From Raillietiella orientalis (Eukaryota), in NCBI GenBank assembly GCA_036172245.1, contig JAYWIR010000040.1, positions 434,001-498,000 on the forward strand: DNA of 64,000 bases, written 5' to 3'. Under the pieces are notes generated by a model, which was not told the origin of the DNA, searched no databases, and was given only the letters and a program-made list of their open reading frames with translations. The translations under genes and the position numbers were made by a program. Of the stretch, positions 37,301-46,707 are shown piece after piece (position 1 is the first letter of the stretch; each line of letters opens with the position of its first letter).

Positions 37301-40300
37301 GCGAAAATGCCGCCGTTTGTCTTCTGCCCGGTAGAAGCGACGGCGCCTGAGGAGGACAGCGGGATGCGGACGCGGACGAGGAGCAGGGAGCTGGTGGGGC
37401 CGCCCCCCACCCGCCGCGCCGGAACCCGCTCTCATCCCGGTCGTTCCCAGCAGCTGTCTCAAAAGAGGGCCTCAAGCAGCTCCGACACCCCAGATACGGA
37501 CGTCCCAGTGCTCAACGGCCACAGCAAGTCGCCTAGCACAGTCAGCAGCGCTTCCTCTTCGTCGGATGACAAGGCCAAGAGGAAGGACGGGGAGGAGGAC
37601 GAGGACGAGGACGGGGAGGACGAAGATGACGTGGCAGAGGAGGAGGAGGAAGAAGAAGAAGAGGACGAGGATGAGGATGACGACGACGACGAGGAGGAGG
37701 AGGAAGGCAGGAATGAGGAAGCAGGAGAGAGGAAGGTGGCGCCCCCGGAAGCGAAAGACGACCTTCTGCTCGCCAAGAAGAGGAAACTGGGCCACGACGG
37801 AGGCGCGGAAGAAGATGACGAGGAAAGGCAGGTCTCCGCTGTTGTCCCGGAAGAGGATAGGGAGAGCCCTTCGGACAGCGAAGGTTCCATGGACGAGAGG
37901 ATCGCTGCCTCCGGCCCACTGGCAGCGGCTTCCTGCCTGGTGCAGACTGAGCCTCAGGATCCAGTGAAGCCAGAACCCCCGCCGTCCCCCCCCGTCTCCT
38001 CTACTTTTGCTCCCGAGGAGTCTGCTCCTCTGCCTCCTTGCGTCAGTATCCCGGTCGACCCCTCCGTCTCTGCTAGCTGCATCCCTCTGCTAGGCAGCTT
38101 CGGCCCTCCTGAAATGCTTCCCACCTCAGTGAAAGACGTACCTCCCCCTCCCCCTCCAGTGCCCTGCACGGATAGTAGCGGCGGCGGCAACGGTGGAGGC
38201 GATGAGGAGGATGCTGAGAGGGAGGAGCTCTCGAACAGCAGCAATGGACCGAGTGCAACTCCTCAGACGAAGGTGATGATGGCAGAGTGTCATGGACCCA
38301 AGTCTGAAGAAGCTACGCTGCTTCCCACCGCGCACTCTCTTCCCCCTTACCCTCCTTACCCGTTCGGATTTGTGCCCTTCGCCCCGCCAGTGCCTCTTGC
38401 CCCCCCACCCCCGTGCCATCTTCCAGCCCCTGTCACCCCAGGATTATCCCTGGATCTGGATACGGAAGTCAGAGCACCCGGACCCTCTCTCTACGTCTCG
38501 TCAAAGTCCCTGCCTCCCCTGCAGCCCCCCCTGCGGTGTTCGCCCGATCTTTACAAGGTTCCTTCCATGCAGACGAGCGTCACTGTCGCCTCCTTCGCTT
38601 CCTCGAGTGGTCACCATGGTAGCGAGGAGGGCGGTTTTCCGCATGTGGAGGAGCGTGACGAGGAGGCTCCCAGTCCGTGCAGTCACGCACCTTGCGGACC
38701 TAGCCCCGAGCCCCGGGTCGAGGACGTCGAGTGTCATCGCAGCCAAAGCGCCATGTGAGTCTTTCATCCCGTTCTTTCCAGCAGCAGGCTAGTTTCCCTC
38801 CCCTTCGTTCCATGATCTTCCAGATTTCTGCGCCATTGGAATCGTGGAGACTGCAACTCCTGCGCCCGCACTGACATGACTTTCAAGCCGGTTCCCGACT
38901 CCAAGCTTGCCAGAAAACGGGACGAGAAATCCAGGAAGCAGGCAGACAGGGAACGCGAGGAACGTGAGAAGGCAGCTGCTGCAGCCGCGAAGGTGAGCCG
39001 AGCGCGCGCCTGCCGCACAGGAAATCTGCAACGCCCTGCATCTTTCAGAAGAAGGAGATCGAAAAGAGGGAGGTTGTCGTTAAGCCAGAGAGCGTCCCGA
39101 TCCTCGAGCGAGCACTCCCCCCACGGTCCTGCCCAGGGTTCTCCGAGGTTCCCGTTCTCCGCCAGATCAGGTAAGCAGGAGCCGGTGGGCTGGTCGGCGC
39201 CTTTTTCACTCGAGACCTCTGGTGGTCATCCGTGCGGCTCCGTGCTGCTGGAGGCAGTCCTGGCAGAGAGGGGGAAGAGGGAGTGAAATCCAGGAATTAG
39301 GCGTCGTTGACTGTCTGTTTCTTCCTTCTCAAGTTTCTTGGCATCCTCCGGCACACCCCTTCCCTCCATTCCTTTCCGGACATGCCGAGCTATCCTCCTC
39401 TGTCCTCCCTGACGAGAAGATAACTGCTCCCTACTTCGGTCGGTGGCTCTCGTTCCACTCTGGAAAGGGTTCCTTCCTCCCCTCTCCCCCCTGCCAGAAC
39501 AAAGCAAAGCAGAGCGCCTCGTCAGCATGCCCGTCGACATGGCGGCCAGACGCATACACCTTCGCACGCTCTTCACCGCGGTTCAAAGCAAACCAGAGAA
39601 AGTAATTCGGAAAGAGGAGGAATAGGGAGTGTCCTCGAGGAGGAAAAAGACGAATGAGGGTCGCCAGAATAGACTCTGATTTTTTTTCTCCAACTCCTGT
39701 TACCCTAGGTTACCTTTCGCATATCCCGTTTTTGTGGACTTGCAGGTACCACTCCTGATTCCTCCTTTCCTCTGCACAGGAAGGGAGGGAGGAGATGGAA
39801 TTCACTCACTGTTTCCGGTCCCCCCCCCCCCTCGTGTATCGTGCAGTCGATGGACTTTGCCGCCCGCACCAAATTGGTCCCAGTCTTCCCTATTCTTCGG
39901 GCTATTATTTTTTGCGAAACGTTGGGCCGGCAGCGACCCACTCCAGGAACGCTGGACGCTAAGGGAATCTTGGACGCTTGAAATCTTTTCTCTTTGGCTT
40001 CCAACCGTCCAGCGCACCCATGCTCTTTTCCAGTGCTCCCAGTTTCGCAGGGATCTCTGCATCTGTTCAGCGTTCGAGCCCAAGCCGGGCCGTCCTGTTC
40101 TCGAGCCTCGATTCCCGAGCATTCCTCCCGATTCCATCCGGTGCCAGTTTCCAGCGCGTGTTGTCCTTTCGGCATCCACCCCCCTCGTCCAATCAAAGTC
40201 GACGCTTCCTGGCGATAGGTATTCCTCATTCGAGCCTCTCTCTGGCGCACGCAGGAACCACACACCTATCACCAGCCTGAAGGCCCCGAAGGGTCATGCT

Positions 40301-43300
40301 GATCAGCGTCGACGTTACCACGCGTGATACTTAGGGTCCTGTGCATGTGCTGAAACGATGAAGTAACTCGCGACTTTAGTGGCAGGGGGAGCCATGCGAT
40401 TAGTGGTCGAGTCTTCCAGGTAGCCGCGTTAGCACGTTTCACCAGCGGTGCTATGTGGAATTCTGAAGGCGTTTGGATGGCCCATCATCTCATGGCTCTG
40501 TACAGGCAGCGAGTGCCATCGAATATACGGGAAAAAGATCAGGAAGTGAACCGCTCCTTGTTTCCTTGTTTTCCCCACTCTAAAGAGGTTCAGTGCTTTT
40601 TCGGGAGCGTGAATTTCCATGTAGCAGAAGCCTGCGACGTGTATGCGAGTAGTCGCTTTCTGTCGGCGTGTCGTGATCCTCGCTGACCGTCAGTACGATT
40701 GTCTCCATCCCAAACAGTTTGACTGCAGCTCTGAGTTCATACGACGATTTCGTCCATGAGGGCGTTTTCTCAGTGGCAGCATCTTGAAAGTCGCGGTTCA
40801 TTTCATGCGGTGGCGTCGTTTCTGGGATAGCAAAATGGACAACATGGATTTAACCCCCACTCTCTCTGCATGGAGGAAGATCGGCTCGTTTCCTCGTTTC
40901 TTGCTGGTTTCGAAAATCCGATACTCTCAGATCGCATGTTTATTCCTGTTCTTCCTGTTCTTTCCAGATTAAAATTATTAAGTCGTATGCTCGCCCGCCC
41001 ATCTCCAAGTGAACTTTCTTCCCCAAATGCTTCTTCTGCATTCTGTCCCGTCTTGCTGGGAAGTCGGCTTGTGTGCATGCGCAGTTCGCGTCTATAAAAT
41101 GGAAAACCTGTGCTGGGTCAGTGCTGATCTCTGACCCCGGGACGGTTTCAAAACTCCACGTCTCTAATGCAGAAGACAATGGACCTAATGAAGACTACCA
41201 GAGCGAAAGTTTTTTTTTTTTTTATCTGTTGCTTAGACAAAGTGTCGTAGGTTTCGAGGAAGAGTGTTTGTTTTCGGGAGGCTTTTTTCCTGGTTTATGT
41301 TTCTGCTGAACGCTCAGACTTTGAGGATGTTATATAAAAAAAAAAAAGAACTTAAGATTGGAAAGTAAATACACGAGCAGTCTAATGTGAATCTAGCCAC
41401 AAATAGGACACGCATCATCACAGATTCCTTCATCTCCTTAAATTACTCGCAAAGCTCTAGAAAACTTAGTAATTTGTGTGAATCGACTTCATTCAAACGT
41501 GATTTGTGAAAAGTTATGTACACGGATATGTTTTTGCAATAGAAAATTAGCCGCAATTCATCGTAAGCTTTCCATTCCGGTACATCCCTGTTGTTTTCTG
41601 GTTTCTCTGTGGATGTTGGCTCATTTCATGGGTCATAAAAAAAAAAAAAAAAAACTCTCCATCATGAAATCTTGAGCTTTACCCTAACAGAAATACAATA
41701 AAGTGTGTATTACAGCTTCCAGTTTCACGTATTCGGAAGCGTTCTGCCATGGAGGTAAAGTCTGCAGTGACCTGGATTTTCACTCTATTAACCCAAGGTC
41801 GCGATTCATTTCTAAGAAAGTTCCCCGATGGTGGATTTTATTTGTGGAGATCGATGTACGGTTCCTCTGGCTCAGACGAAAAACAAATTCGATGAAGCAC
41901 GCAGTCTTAAGACTGTGTGATTGACGTCTTTCTATCTTTCTGCAGGTGCCCAGGCGTTCGGTTGGGCAACATGACTCTCTTGTGATCAGGTTTCTTTTCT
42001 CTCCTTTTTTCCCGCTCACTCCTCGGTGTAGATCAAGTTAAGATGAAGTTTTTTTCCTCGGTGTAAATTTGTAACAAAAGTTCTTCAGTCCGCGATTTCT
42101 TAAATTTCAATCGAGGATGTCGGCATCCGACTGATTGGAAACTCACACGAGAGAGAACTTCGTTTGAGATAACTTCGAGACTGCCGGGTGAAGTCTCGTA
42201 GAAGCAAAACTGCGGTCAAGGAAAACGGTCAGCCGTTCACCCAGCGAAGGGGGGATTTCCAGGGTGGCCAAGGTTTGTTGGCACTGATCGGTTCATGACG
42301 TGATTAACGCAGCTCGATGTAAAAACAGTCAAACTCTTGGAGGTTTCCTTCATTTTTTTTTTTTTGGTTTTTTTTGTTTTAGCGAATACATGCGTCCTCA
42401 TGGTGGACTATCGCCAAATGTTGTCCGTTCCGGCATGATGTTTCCCAGAGCTGGATTTGATCACAATTTGCATTTTCCGCTGGGATTCTACGGAGATTCC
42501 CGCACATGGCTCGAGCTGGAGCACATGGAAAGGGAAAAACGAGAAAGGGAATTTAGAGATCTGAACGATCGCATCAAAGCCGAACTGGAGATGAAAACCG
42601 GCATCAGTCAAGGTGCTGCTGGCCCGCGCCTGCTGGATCCACACTGGCTTGAGCTTCACCGGCGATTCGGGATTCCTCTGGGCATTGGTTTGCCATCCGC
42701 GCTGCCCACCATCCAGCCATCACCATTTCCCTTCTTTCCAAGTGGCAACGTGTCGCAGCATCTCCAAGGTCAGCTGGAACGGGAGAGATTAGGTAAGTCC
42801 GAACGAGAGTATCTCAGCCGGTAATTGTTTCTTTTCCAAAGGAATTAGTCCTGCTGGCCCCTTGCCATCAGACTCTAGTCTTGAGAGGCTACATGCAGAG
42901 AGGATGGCTTTTGCCCCCGATCCGATGCTCCGTTTGCAAATGAATACTTTTTCCCCCGAGATTCATTCACATTCCCATGCTCATGCACATGCGCACACGC
43001 ATTTACATTTGCATACTGCATCTGAAGTAAACCCAGGGTTCCAGATACCAGGTGGCTTCCAATTTCTTTATGCTATACTTTGTGGACAATGTCGTGGAGA
43101 ATTCCACTGCAACTGTATTAGCACGGTTGTGTTTTTTATTTGTATCGAGTCGTGTGTACCGTCATGTGTACCGTCAGCATACGTCCGCGTCTTGAGCAAA
43201 GATTCTTCCAAACGAGCATTCGTAAAGTCGCCGGAGGACGTGGCACAAGGAAACTCTTCACCGTTCGGGAAAACTCGAATTCGATAGGTGATAGGTACTA

Positions 43301-45027
43301 TCGGTACTACACTGAAACGTTGCAGACGATTCGAAAATGATTGGCGGAGTCGGCAATGATGTTCTTGGTTGCAGGTTAAGCAGTTATGAGCTGTTTGCTT
43401 GTATCCTTATTTTCGTGGGTTGTGATTGTAATGCACTTCACAAAGCTTCTGAAATTCATTGAGACAACTCATCAATAAGCATTTGGAGTTCCACATTGGG
43501 TACATGTAGGCGCATCCAATACGTTGTGCATTGAGATCATACTTGCATCAGTTCTCACTCTACTTTCTGGTCATGGTTATGAACATGGCAAGACAAACAT
43601 CCTTGAGCCAGGAAAATGAAGAGATAATGCATTTTGTGTTCGGTCTTAATTAGTTTGCGGGCACATCAAAAGAAACACATTTCAACCGTAGAAGTGCAGA
43701 TCAGAGGTCAGTCAGTTCTCTGCCTAAAGCATTTTTCAAGACAGCCTAATGTGGGCCAATTTCTGAGCTACCACCACGAAATCTGACAATTAGAATATTC
43801 AGGTTGAAGAAAAGAGATACCCAGTTTGTTCGATAAGAGTTGTATTCATGGATCTAGGATGTAGCCTTATAAAGTATAAAGTGGATATACCTGCAACAAG
43901 TGTTTGTTGCAGGTCCATCTACTTTATACTAGTTCTACTTTATAATAGAATTGTGCAGTTGGAAAAAAAAAAAAATTATTTTAAAACCATTATCATCAGT
44001 CATAATGAACATCTAACGTACACATGTGAAGTAAAAGCTTAATTGCTTTCTAAGTATTTGTAACCACCAATGTGGGGGTTAAAGCTTTCTTACCCAAGTT
44101 CTGAAATGTGAAATTTCCAGCTCAGCCAGTTTTATTCATGCATATTTAGACTAGCTGACTGTTTTCGTTTATTTACCCTGTAGATAAATTAGGAATTATT
44201 CTAGGAATGTATTCAGAAATTACTCAGGTAGCAATCATTTTTGACCATAGTATACACCATGCTTAATTAGGGGTAGTCCTGCTAATTCATTACTTTTTAT
44301 TTAATGCAGCATCAAAAAACAAAGCCTTGTTAACGTCCTTTTGTTGTGCGAATGGGAGCACATCTAGACACAAACCGAAATTATAAACTGCATCCTTCTC
44401 TGTAAAGAACCTGACAACATAAATTTTATTCCAAGTTCTCTGGTTTTGGGAAATTCTGAAATAAGCATGCTGACATGCTTATTTCAGAATGTTTGTAAAA
44501 TACAAAATACATTAATTTTCGGCATTTGATTCACCAAAGCCAGTAATTTAGATATCTTATGTCTTGGAATCCGGATGTTTAAATACCAATTATACTAATT
44601 CCAATCTATTCTTGATAGGTTACCGGCCAAGTCTAATTCCTTCCCGGGAACATGCTCCTCTTTCTTCTGTACATCCATCAGTAGCAGGGTTGCTAGGACG
44701 TTCATTTGATGAACAATTTGCCCATCAGGTAAAACTTCATACAATCAAAAAATTGCCTTGAGGATGTTTATTTTTGCAGCTGACAGCACAAGCACAAGCT
44801 GAACAATTACAACGACACATTCTAATGGAAAGGGATCGATTTCCTCCTTCCCTTCTAGGTGCCCAATTGCAACCTCAGTTTCTTACCTCACCAGAAGAGT
44901 TTGTTAGGTACAGACAATTACTAAACACTAGCTATATATTTGATGGTTTTATTCATGCCATTTTAGACAGCAACAAGAAATGAAAGTGCGTGCATTAGAA
45001 GAAGCTGCTCGTAATTCACGGTCATAA
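3628..45027 (+). CDS. RERE: Atrophin/RERE (arginine-glutamic acid dipeptide repeats protein, Grunge-like) nuclear co-repressor; spliced gene, 5' end probably incomplete. join(3628..3698,17196..17301,31385..31481,31537..31690,31760..31993,33972..34070,36655..36735,36799..36940,37062..37154,37212..37393,37451..38754,38824..38992,39049..39170,42383..42792,42842..43051,44619..44728,44780..44907,44967..45027)
   Basis: All 18 exons have AG acceptors, all 17 introns are GT-AG, and splice phases are mutually consistent through to TAA at 45025-45027. The spliced translation carries the RERE/Atrophin domain series recognised from family knowledge: BAH ([18 protein letters not shown] / [10 protein letters not shown] / RELFISD / [11 protein letters not shown]), ELM2 ([35 protein letters not shown]), SANT ([34 protein letters not shown]), GATA finger (CRHC-x18-CTDC), and Atrophin-1 motifs ([52 protein letters not shown]). 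Confidence 0.95.
10355..10820 (+). mobile_element. Possible decayed BEL/Pao integrase fragment
   Basis: Ordered pieces in different frames: [37 protein letters not shown]. They loosely follow the BEL integrase motif order MGxL / KxY..TRA / ALRRF / FxGAxxEL / LWE..V. Confidence 0.22.
15340..15590 (-). mobile_element. Decayed Ty1/copia pol fragment (post-integrase SH3-like region)
   Basis: GKLFGAE...[17 protein letters not shown] resembles the copia motif FWAEA...GxKPDxxxLRVFGCxAY. Frames are broken. Confidence 0.3.
17196..17301 (+). CDS. RERE: Atrophin/RERE exon, BAH domain ([35 protein letters not shown])
   Basis: tttcag| acceptor and |gtaagt donor. Phase 0 in and phase 1 out fit both neighbours. 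Resembles the RERE KWYYRxSEVPxSVYQxLVQDR segment. Confidence 0.92.
22870..23010 (-). mobile_element. Possible decayed piggyBac transposase C-terminal fragment
   Basis: Minus-strand [29 protein letters not shown] resembles the piggyBac KWYKKxxxxLLxxAxVNAWI segment; contains stops. Confidence 0.25.
23255..23307. repeat. Tandem duplication of a 26-27 nt unit
   Basis: atgctttggtgttcataggggaaacgg followed directly by atgctttggtgttcataggcaaacgg. Confidence 0.85.
25345..25370. repeat. (TG)13 microsatellite
   Basis: Read directly. Confidence 0.9.
31385..31481 (+). CDS. RERE: Atrophin/RERE exon, BAH domain ([24 protein letters not shown])
   Basis: ctccag| and |gtgagc sites; conserved RELFISD motif. 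Confidence 0.93.
31537..31690 (+). CDS. RERE: Atrophin/RERE exon, BAH end and ELM2 start ([38 protein letters not shown])
   Basis: ttctag| and |gttggc sites; highly conserved [18 protein letters not shown]. Confidence 0.95.
31760..31993 (+). CDS. RERE: Atrophin/RERE exon, ELM2 domain ([35 protein letters not shown])
   Basis: attag| and |gtaagc sites; 78 codons, phase 0/0; part of ORF 31787..32071. Confidence 0.95.
33162..33193. repeat. (CG)11 microsatellite extended by alternating purine/pyrimidine; potential Z-DNA
   Basis: cgcgcg..cgc (33162-33184) followed by acgtgtgtg. Confidence 0.85.
33972..34070 (+). CDS. RERE: Atrophin/RERE exon, ELM2-SANT linker ([33 protein letters not shown])
   Basis: ttgcag| and |gtaaga sites; 33 codons; not present in the ORF track. 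Confidence 0.93.
36655..36735 (+). CDS. RERE: Atrophin/RERE exon, SANT domain ([27 protein letters not shown])
   Basis: ttgcag| and |gtacgt sites; SANT consensus. Confidence 0.95.
36799..36940 (+). CDS. RERE: Atrophin/RERE exon, SANT helix 3 and basic stretch ([23 protein letters not shown]..)
   Basis: ccgcag| and |gtaaga sites. Confidence 0.95.
37062..37154 (+). CDS. RERE: Atrophin/RERE exon, DLSSASE acidic motif and first half of the GATA zinc finger (GYHCRHC)
   Basis: ttccag| and |gtaagt sites. Confidence 0.93.
37212..37393 (+). CDS. RERE: Atrophin/RERE exon, second half of the GATA zinc finger ([32 protein letters not shown])
   Basis: cccag| acceptor. The 3' boundary uses a weaker gtgggg donor and the following 57 nt intron is in frame, so it could be read through. 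Confidence 0.88.
37451..38754 (+). CDS. RERE: Atrophin/RERE large central exon (Ser-rich, D/E-rich, Pro-rich; ends [19 protein letters not shown])
   Basis: Part of the 590 aa ORF 36986..38758. Ends AT|gtgagt in phase 2 into the conserved HRSQSAIF motif. Tandem CAGCAG acceptor at 37448-37453. Confidence 0.9.
38824..38992 (+). CDS. RERE: Atrophin/RERE exon, Atrophin-1 conserved block and RE repeat ([40 protein letters not shown])
   Basis: ttccag| and |gtgagc sites; strongly conserved atrophin motif. Confidence 0.95.
39049..39170 (+). CDS. RERE: Atrophin/RERE exon ([17 protein letters not shown])
   Basis: tttcag| and |gtaagc sites. The phase 2 end joins C-GAA-TAC to give P.LRQISEYMRPH, the counterpart of the RERE PALRTLSEYARPH motif. 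Confidence 0.85.
42383..42792 (+). CDS. RERE: Atrophin/RERE exon ([32 protein letters not shown])
   Basis: ttttag| and |gtaagt sites; within ORF 42300..42824. Confidence 0.92.
42842..43051 (+). CDS. RERE: Atrophin/RERE exon ([33 protein letters not shown])
   Basis: ccaaag| and |gtggct sites; His-rich atrophin C-terminal motif. Confidence 0.9.
44453..44490. repeat. Perfect 17 bp inverted repeat with 4 nt loop, in an Atrophin intron
   Basis: attctgaaataagcatg-ctga-catgcttatttcagaat. Confidence 0.9.
44619..44728 (+). CDS. RERE: Atrophin/RERE exon ([24 protein letters not shown])
   Basis: gatag| and |gtaaaa sites; phases fit. Confidence 0.85.
44780..44907 (+). CDS. RERE: Atrophin/RERE exon ([26 protein letters not shown])
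   Basis: ttgcag| and |gtacag sites; Atro-box-like EQLQR..MERDR..EE motif. Confidence 0.88.
44948..44953 (-). terminator. Candidate AATAAA polyadenylation signal of DJ-1, inside the last Atrophin intron; a second lies at 44767-44772 in the preceding intron
   Basis: TTTATT on the + strand about 125 nt past the DJ-1 stop; first canonical hexamer downstream of that stop. Confidence 0.5.
44967..45027 (+). CDS. RERE: Atrophin/RERE terminal coding exon ([20 protein letters not shown])
   Basis: ttttag| acceptor and TAA stop at 45025-45027. [10 protein letters not shown] resembles the C-terminus of arthropod atrophins. Confidence 0.88.
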
Positions 45028-45077
45028 CTGTGCATCTGCATTCAAGAATGCAACAGTAAAAGACTACAGAAGTCAGT

Positions 45078-45199
45078 TCAATTAGAACACAAAAGAGCTG
45101 CTTTTACAGAGCTAGCCTTCTCTGTACCAAGAAGTGAATCCACAATTTTAAGAGCAAATTCAAAACTGGTGCCTGGTCCTCTGCTTGTGATCAGTTTAC
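45078..45199 (-). CDS. PARK7: DJ-1 terminal coding exon ([25 protein letters not shown])
   Basis: cctag| acceptor; TGA at 45080-45078. Confidence 0.95.
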
Positions 45200-46618
45200 C
45201 TAGGAGTACAACTGCATCAGTACATGTGCTCATAAAGTAGCTTGCATACCATCAGTCACAACTCTATCCTGTTTGTACCTGAAGTGATCACTGAGTTCAG
45301 ATTCTTTCGAAGGATACGATGTGCCGAATTTATTTTTACCAATGCCATGTGCTTTCAATGCACAAGGTGCTATAAAGAAAAGAAAAGAAAAAAAAAATTG
45401 AAAACATGATTAATGAAGTGTTTTTTTTTTCCCAACATTCTATGAAATTCACTGCCTTGGTGTTGTCTTTCAGAAAGTATATTCAAGAAAGACTGAATCT
45501 ACACCTCAGACAACCTGATAATCCATGATAATCTAAGGAAAAATCATTCAACATATGCAGAAACTTAGTGCCCTGTGCTATTTTCCAAAAACTTTCTAGT
45601 TTTTGGTACTCATGAAAGGAATTACCAGTTAAACCATCTTGATTTTAAATTAAAGGCAAACTAAACTTAATAGACGACTTTTAAGGAAAAGAACTGAATT
45701 TCTCAAATAAATACTATAATAGTCGTATTCGTTGCTCTTCATAGAAATGCACCAATGACTTCATGTGATAGCATAAATTCGGAAAACCGTATACACGAAT
45801 AAAGTTTTTAACTTAAACTTCAAATCCATGGTTTATTTGCTAAATATTTGTTTACTTCTGATAAAAGAGTAATTGCTGCATGTTAAGAATTACAAGTCTG
45901 CATAAAAATGAACTTCTATGAAGTTGTCATTAGGATTGAAAGATCTCAAATACACGAACAAAGCTGAGAAGGACTTACCAGCACAAATAGCTGCAATCCA
46001 TCTGTCATTTGCTTCTTGATCAAGGAGAATTTTCTTTACATCTTCAGACTACAACATTAAGAATTAGTTTTCTTTAGTTACATTCAATGATATCAAAATA
46101 ATCAGTACAGTCACTATTTCTACATGTACTATCTATATGTATCAACTGTAATTTACTTTAACATTTCCATAAGTGCAAAGATCATAATAATGGGAATTCT
46201 AATATCACATATGCTATGTTAGGTACCAAAACTTACAGCTGATAAGTTTTCACTTCCTTCGAGTCCACCTGGGAGGACAACCACATCATAAGGTGCATCT
46301 TTAATTGCTTCTTGCAAGCTCTTATCAGGTACAATCTTCACCTTTCGTGAGCATACAACTGGTGAAGCTCCTAAACCTGCTACAGTGACTTCTATCTATG
46401 GCATTACAAAAACAGATTAACAGTACTCTGCAATGTATTATTGTTAGTTATATACAACATAGAAGCTTCAAGTTTTAGACATTATCTTATCAGTAACTTT
46501 TAGTTCATGAGAGTTCATAAATGCTAAAAACCTCAGCTCTTCTGAGAACATCTGTAGATATGACAAGTTCCATTTCTTCAGCTCCTTTGGCCAGTATAAC
46601 CAATGCCTTCTTGGTCAT
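45078..46618 (-). CDS. PARK7: DJ-1 / PARK7 (DJ-1/PfpI family, glyoxalase/redox sensor), complete, 185 aa. complement(join(45078..45199,45250..45369,45979..46048,46237..46395,46532..46618))
   Basis: Spliced translation: [185 protein letters not shown]. Glu17 (human Glu18), Cys104 (human Cys106), YDVVVLPGG and [13 protein letters not shown] are conserved. All introns are GT-AG and phase-consistent. Confidence 0.97.
45250..45369 (-). CDS. PARK7: DJ-1 coding exon 4 ([20 protein letters not shown])
   Basis: ttatag| and |gtatgc on the minus strand. Confidence 0.94.
45706..45803 (+). terminator. Candidate AATAAA polyadenylation signals of Atrophin (45706-45711 and 45798-45803; ATTAAA at 45649-45654), inside DJ-1 intron 3
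   Basis: First canonical hexamers downstream of the Atrophin stop. A variant AGTAAA at 45055-45060 is an alternative. Confidence 0.45.
45979..46048 (-). CDS. PARK7: DJ-1 coding exon 3 ([18 protein letters not shown]), carries the nucleophile-elbow Cys
   Basis: ttgtag| and |gtaagt on the minus strand. Confidence 0.95.
46237..46395 (-). CDS. PARK7: DJ-1 coding exon 2 ([21 protein letters not shown])
   Basis: catag| and |gtaagt on the minus strand; 53 codons. Confidence 0.95.
46532..46618 (-). CDS. PARK7: DJ-1 coding exon 1 ([23 protein letters not shown])
   Basis: ATG at 46618-46616; GT donor at 46531-46530. An in-frame TGA upstream limits any N-terminal extension. Confidence 0.95.
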
Positions 46619-46707
46619 GTTTGTACCTCCACTGATACAACGCACCAATTTTCTCCAGTCACTTTTCAGAAAACTCTCAGAACTTTCAGTCAACTTTCAG
46701 AAAACAA

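Noticed and set aside
36986..38758. 590 aa ORF as a stand-alone gene
   Set aside because: It is read-through of three Atrophin exons and two in-frame introns. It starts at an intronic TTG and stops just inside the next intron.
46619..46693. N-terminal extension or targeting peptide on DJ-1 (ORF 46505..46693)
   Set aside because: It begins at TTG just after an in-frame stop, with no upstream ATG in frame. The conserved start is the ATG at 46618.
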